Source: Gammaproteobacteria bacterium (GTDB lineage Bacteria > Pseudomonadota > Gammaproteobacteria > Arenicellales > Poriferihabitantaceae). Taken from it: a stretch of 64,000 nucleotides of DNA. The notes under the pieces are model-generated. The model was not told the origin of the DNA and did not search any database. It worked only from the letters and a program-made list of their open reading frames with translations. The DNA is taken from contig JAJEAV010000057.1 in the NCBI GenBank assembly GCA_022822625.1, forward strand, positions 8,561-72,560. Reading direction: 5' to 3'. The number at the start of each line of letters is the position of its first letter. Position 1 is the stretch's first letter. Shown piece by piece: positions 62,562 through 64,000 of this stretch. A program made the position numbers and the translations under genes.

Positions 62562-63584
62562 ATGCTTAAATCCTTAAAGATCGCAGTCATGACTGTTGCG
62601 CTATCTGTCGCCGGGTTTTCAGCGAATGCTGCTACGCTCGATGATGTTCAGGCACGCGGCGAGTTGAATTGTGTTGTCACCACAGGCCTTGCAGGCTTTG
62701 CTGCACCTGATGAAAATGGACGTTGGGACGGCTTTGACGTCGAATTTTGTCGCGCTGTTGCAGCGGCAGTACTTGGTGACAGTGAAAAGGTAAAATTCGT
62801 TCCGTCCACCGGTAAAACCCGCTTCACGCTGCTGAATTCCGGTGAGGGCGACATCCTGTTTCGCAATACAACCGAAACCATGAGTCGGGACGCTGACCTG
62901 AAACTAACCTTTCTTCCCATCAACTACTATGATGGCCAGGGATTCCTGATTCGAAAAGCCATGGGCATTAATTCCGCTAGTGAATTGGATGGTGCTTCAG
63001 TCTGTATCCAGACCGGTACAACAACCGAATTGAATCTGGCTGACTATTTCCGAGCCAATGGCATGAGCTATGAACCGGTAAACATTGAAACCAACGAGGA
63101 AGGAATCGCAAACTACTCGGGAAATAGATGCGACCTGTACACTACTGATGCCTCCGGGCTCGCCTCCACCCGTGCTGCACTTGATGATCCTTCTGCTCAC
63201 GTTATTCTGCCTGAAATCATCTCCAAGGAACCTCTTGGTGGTGCTGTTCGGCACGGTGATGACCAATGGGCTGATATCGGCAAATGGGTGGTTAACGCAA
63301 TCATCAATGCCGAAGAACTTGGTGTGTCCTCGGCCAATGTAGGAGAATTGTGCGCCGCCGCCGGTAACAACCCCAGCATCAATCGCCTGTGCGGTACTGA
63401 AGGAGATGCCGGATCCTGGATCGGTCTTGACAGCAATTGGGCTGTGCGGGTTATCGAGCAGGTTGGAAACTACGGAGAGATTTTCGAGCGTCATATCGGC
63501 CCCAATACTCCTCTGGCACTTGAGCGTGGCTTGAATGCCCAGTGGACCGATGGTGGCATCCTGTATGCCGCACCGATACGGTAA
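62562..63584 (+). CDS. General L-amino-acid ABC transporter substrate-binding protein (AapJ/BztA-like)
   Basis: Signal peptide (MLKSLKIAVMTVALSVAGFSANA) followed by ATLDDVQARGELNCVV...GFDVEFCRAVAAAVLGD. Confidence 0.88.
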   Translation: MLKSLKIAVMTVALSVAGFSANAATLDDVQARGELNCVVTTGLAGFAAPDENGRWDGFDVEFCRAVAAAVLGDSEKVKFVPSTGKTRFTLLNSGEGDILFRNTTETMSRDADLKLTFLPINYYDGQGFLIRKAMGINSASELDGASVCIQTGTTTELNLADYFRANGMSYEPVNIETNEEGIANYSGNRCDLYTTDASGLASTRAALDDPSAHVILPEIISKEPLGGAVRHGDDQWADIGKWVVNAIINAEELGVSSANVGELCAAAGNNPSINRLCGTEGDAGSWIGLDSNWAVRVIEQVGNYGEIFERHIGPNTPLALERGLNAQWTDGGILYAAPIR

Positions 63585-63637
63585 TCGACACGGTTCCTTT
63601 ACAGAGTCATCTTTTGCGTGACTTTGCACAAAACCCC

Positions 63638-63675
63638 GTCCGGAGCAGTCTAACGACTGCTCCGGACATTTTGTT
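63638..63675 (+). terminator. Rho-independent terminator/attenuator after the SBP gene
   Basis: Perfect 13-bp stem GTCCGGAGCAGTC-TAAC-GACTGCTCCGGAC, followed by ATTTTGTT. Confidence 0.75.
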
Positions 63676-63762
63676 GCCCAGAATATTGGACTTTGCCTGC
63701 CATAGAATGCATATCCTGCAATATGGTTCTGGATACTACATCTGACAGCATGGATCAATAAC

Positions 63763-64000
63763 ATGGCAGAAGTTGCTGTATCCCCCCAACGCAACGCCAT
63801 CTCCCGTCTCTGGAACGATAAGGAGTCTCGTTCCGTAATTATTCAAATCATAACCATTTCTCTGGTGTTTGCCTTTCTGGCCTACATCATTCATAACGCC
63901 GTGGTTAATCTGCAGGCCATCGGCAAGGGGTTTAGCTACAACTTTCTCTGGCAGCCATCGAGTTATGACATCAATCAACATCTGATCGAGTACAACTCAA
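63763..64000 (+). CDS. Amino-acid ABC transporter permease (AapQ/BztB-like); 3' end lies outside the window
   Basis: My translation from ATG 63763 reads MAEVAVSPQRNAISRLWNDKESRSVIIQIITISLVFAFLAYIIHNAVVNLQAIGKGFSYNFLWQPSSYDINQHLIEYN, a typical AapQ N-terminus. It follows the SBP gene. Confidence 0.75.
   Translation, partial: MAEVAVSPQRNAISRLWNDKESRSVIIQIITISLVFAFLAYIIHNAVVNLQAIGKGFSYNFLWQPSSYDINQHLIEYNS

Noticed and set aside
1-64000. CRISPR arrays, rRNA genes, intact IS elements, integrases other than XerD, reverse transcriptases/retrons
   Set aside because: Reading both strands, I saw no regularly spaced short repeats, no rRNA-like sequence, no intact transposase and no RT motifs. The only recombinase is a canonical XerD in a housekeeping context.

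Overview
This window reads as a gammaproteobacterial-type chromosomal segment, judged from gene content and synteny; no taxon was computed. Most of it is recognisable housekeeping genes. These include ssb and uvrA (separated by an MFS gene), relA, xerD, rpsP-rimM-trmD-rplS, xseA, der-bamB-yfgM-hisS, rlmN-ndk, greA-carB-carA, dapB, serS-lolA-ftsK, rluC, gcvT-gcvH-gcvP-lipA, and the start of an AapJ-like amino-acid ABC transporter. One tRNA-Ser(GGA) is present. I saw no rRNA genes, CRISPR array or intact IS element. Three accessory patches interrupt the core. (1) About 2.2-10.5 kb lies next to the 3' end of tRNA-Ser. It holds decayed small genes, a 1116-aa RecB/Cas4-like nuclease + RNase H-like exonuclease + SF1 helicase fusion, a MITE-like repeat, a GC-rich foreign block and a DUF4143-type AAA ATPase. 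The foreign block carries a frameshifted Dam-like methylase translationally overlapped with a shattered IS66-family transposase. (2) At 32.8-36.9 kb a translationally coupled SNF2-helicase/SWIM-zinc-finger pair sits between ndk and greA. (3) At 41.9-43.9 kb about 2 kb is inserted between carA and dapB, carrying a thermonuclease-family gene and remnant sequences. A second MITE-like copy lies upstream of rpsP, followed by an orphan rho-independent terminator that may mark a small RNA. The strongest candidates for an uncharacterised system are the nuclease-exonuclease-helicase gene and the SNF2/SWIM pair. Both calls rest on motif recognition by eye and need HMM and neighbourhood analysis. None of this shows that a new system is present.
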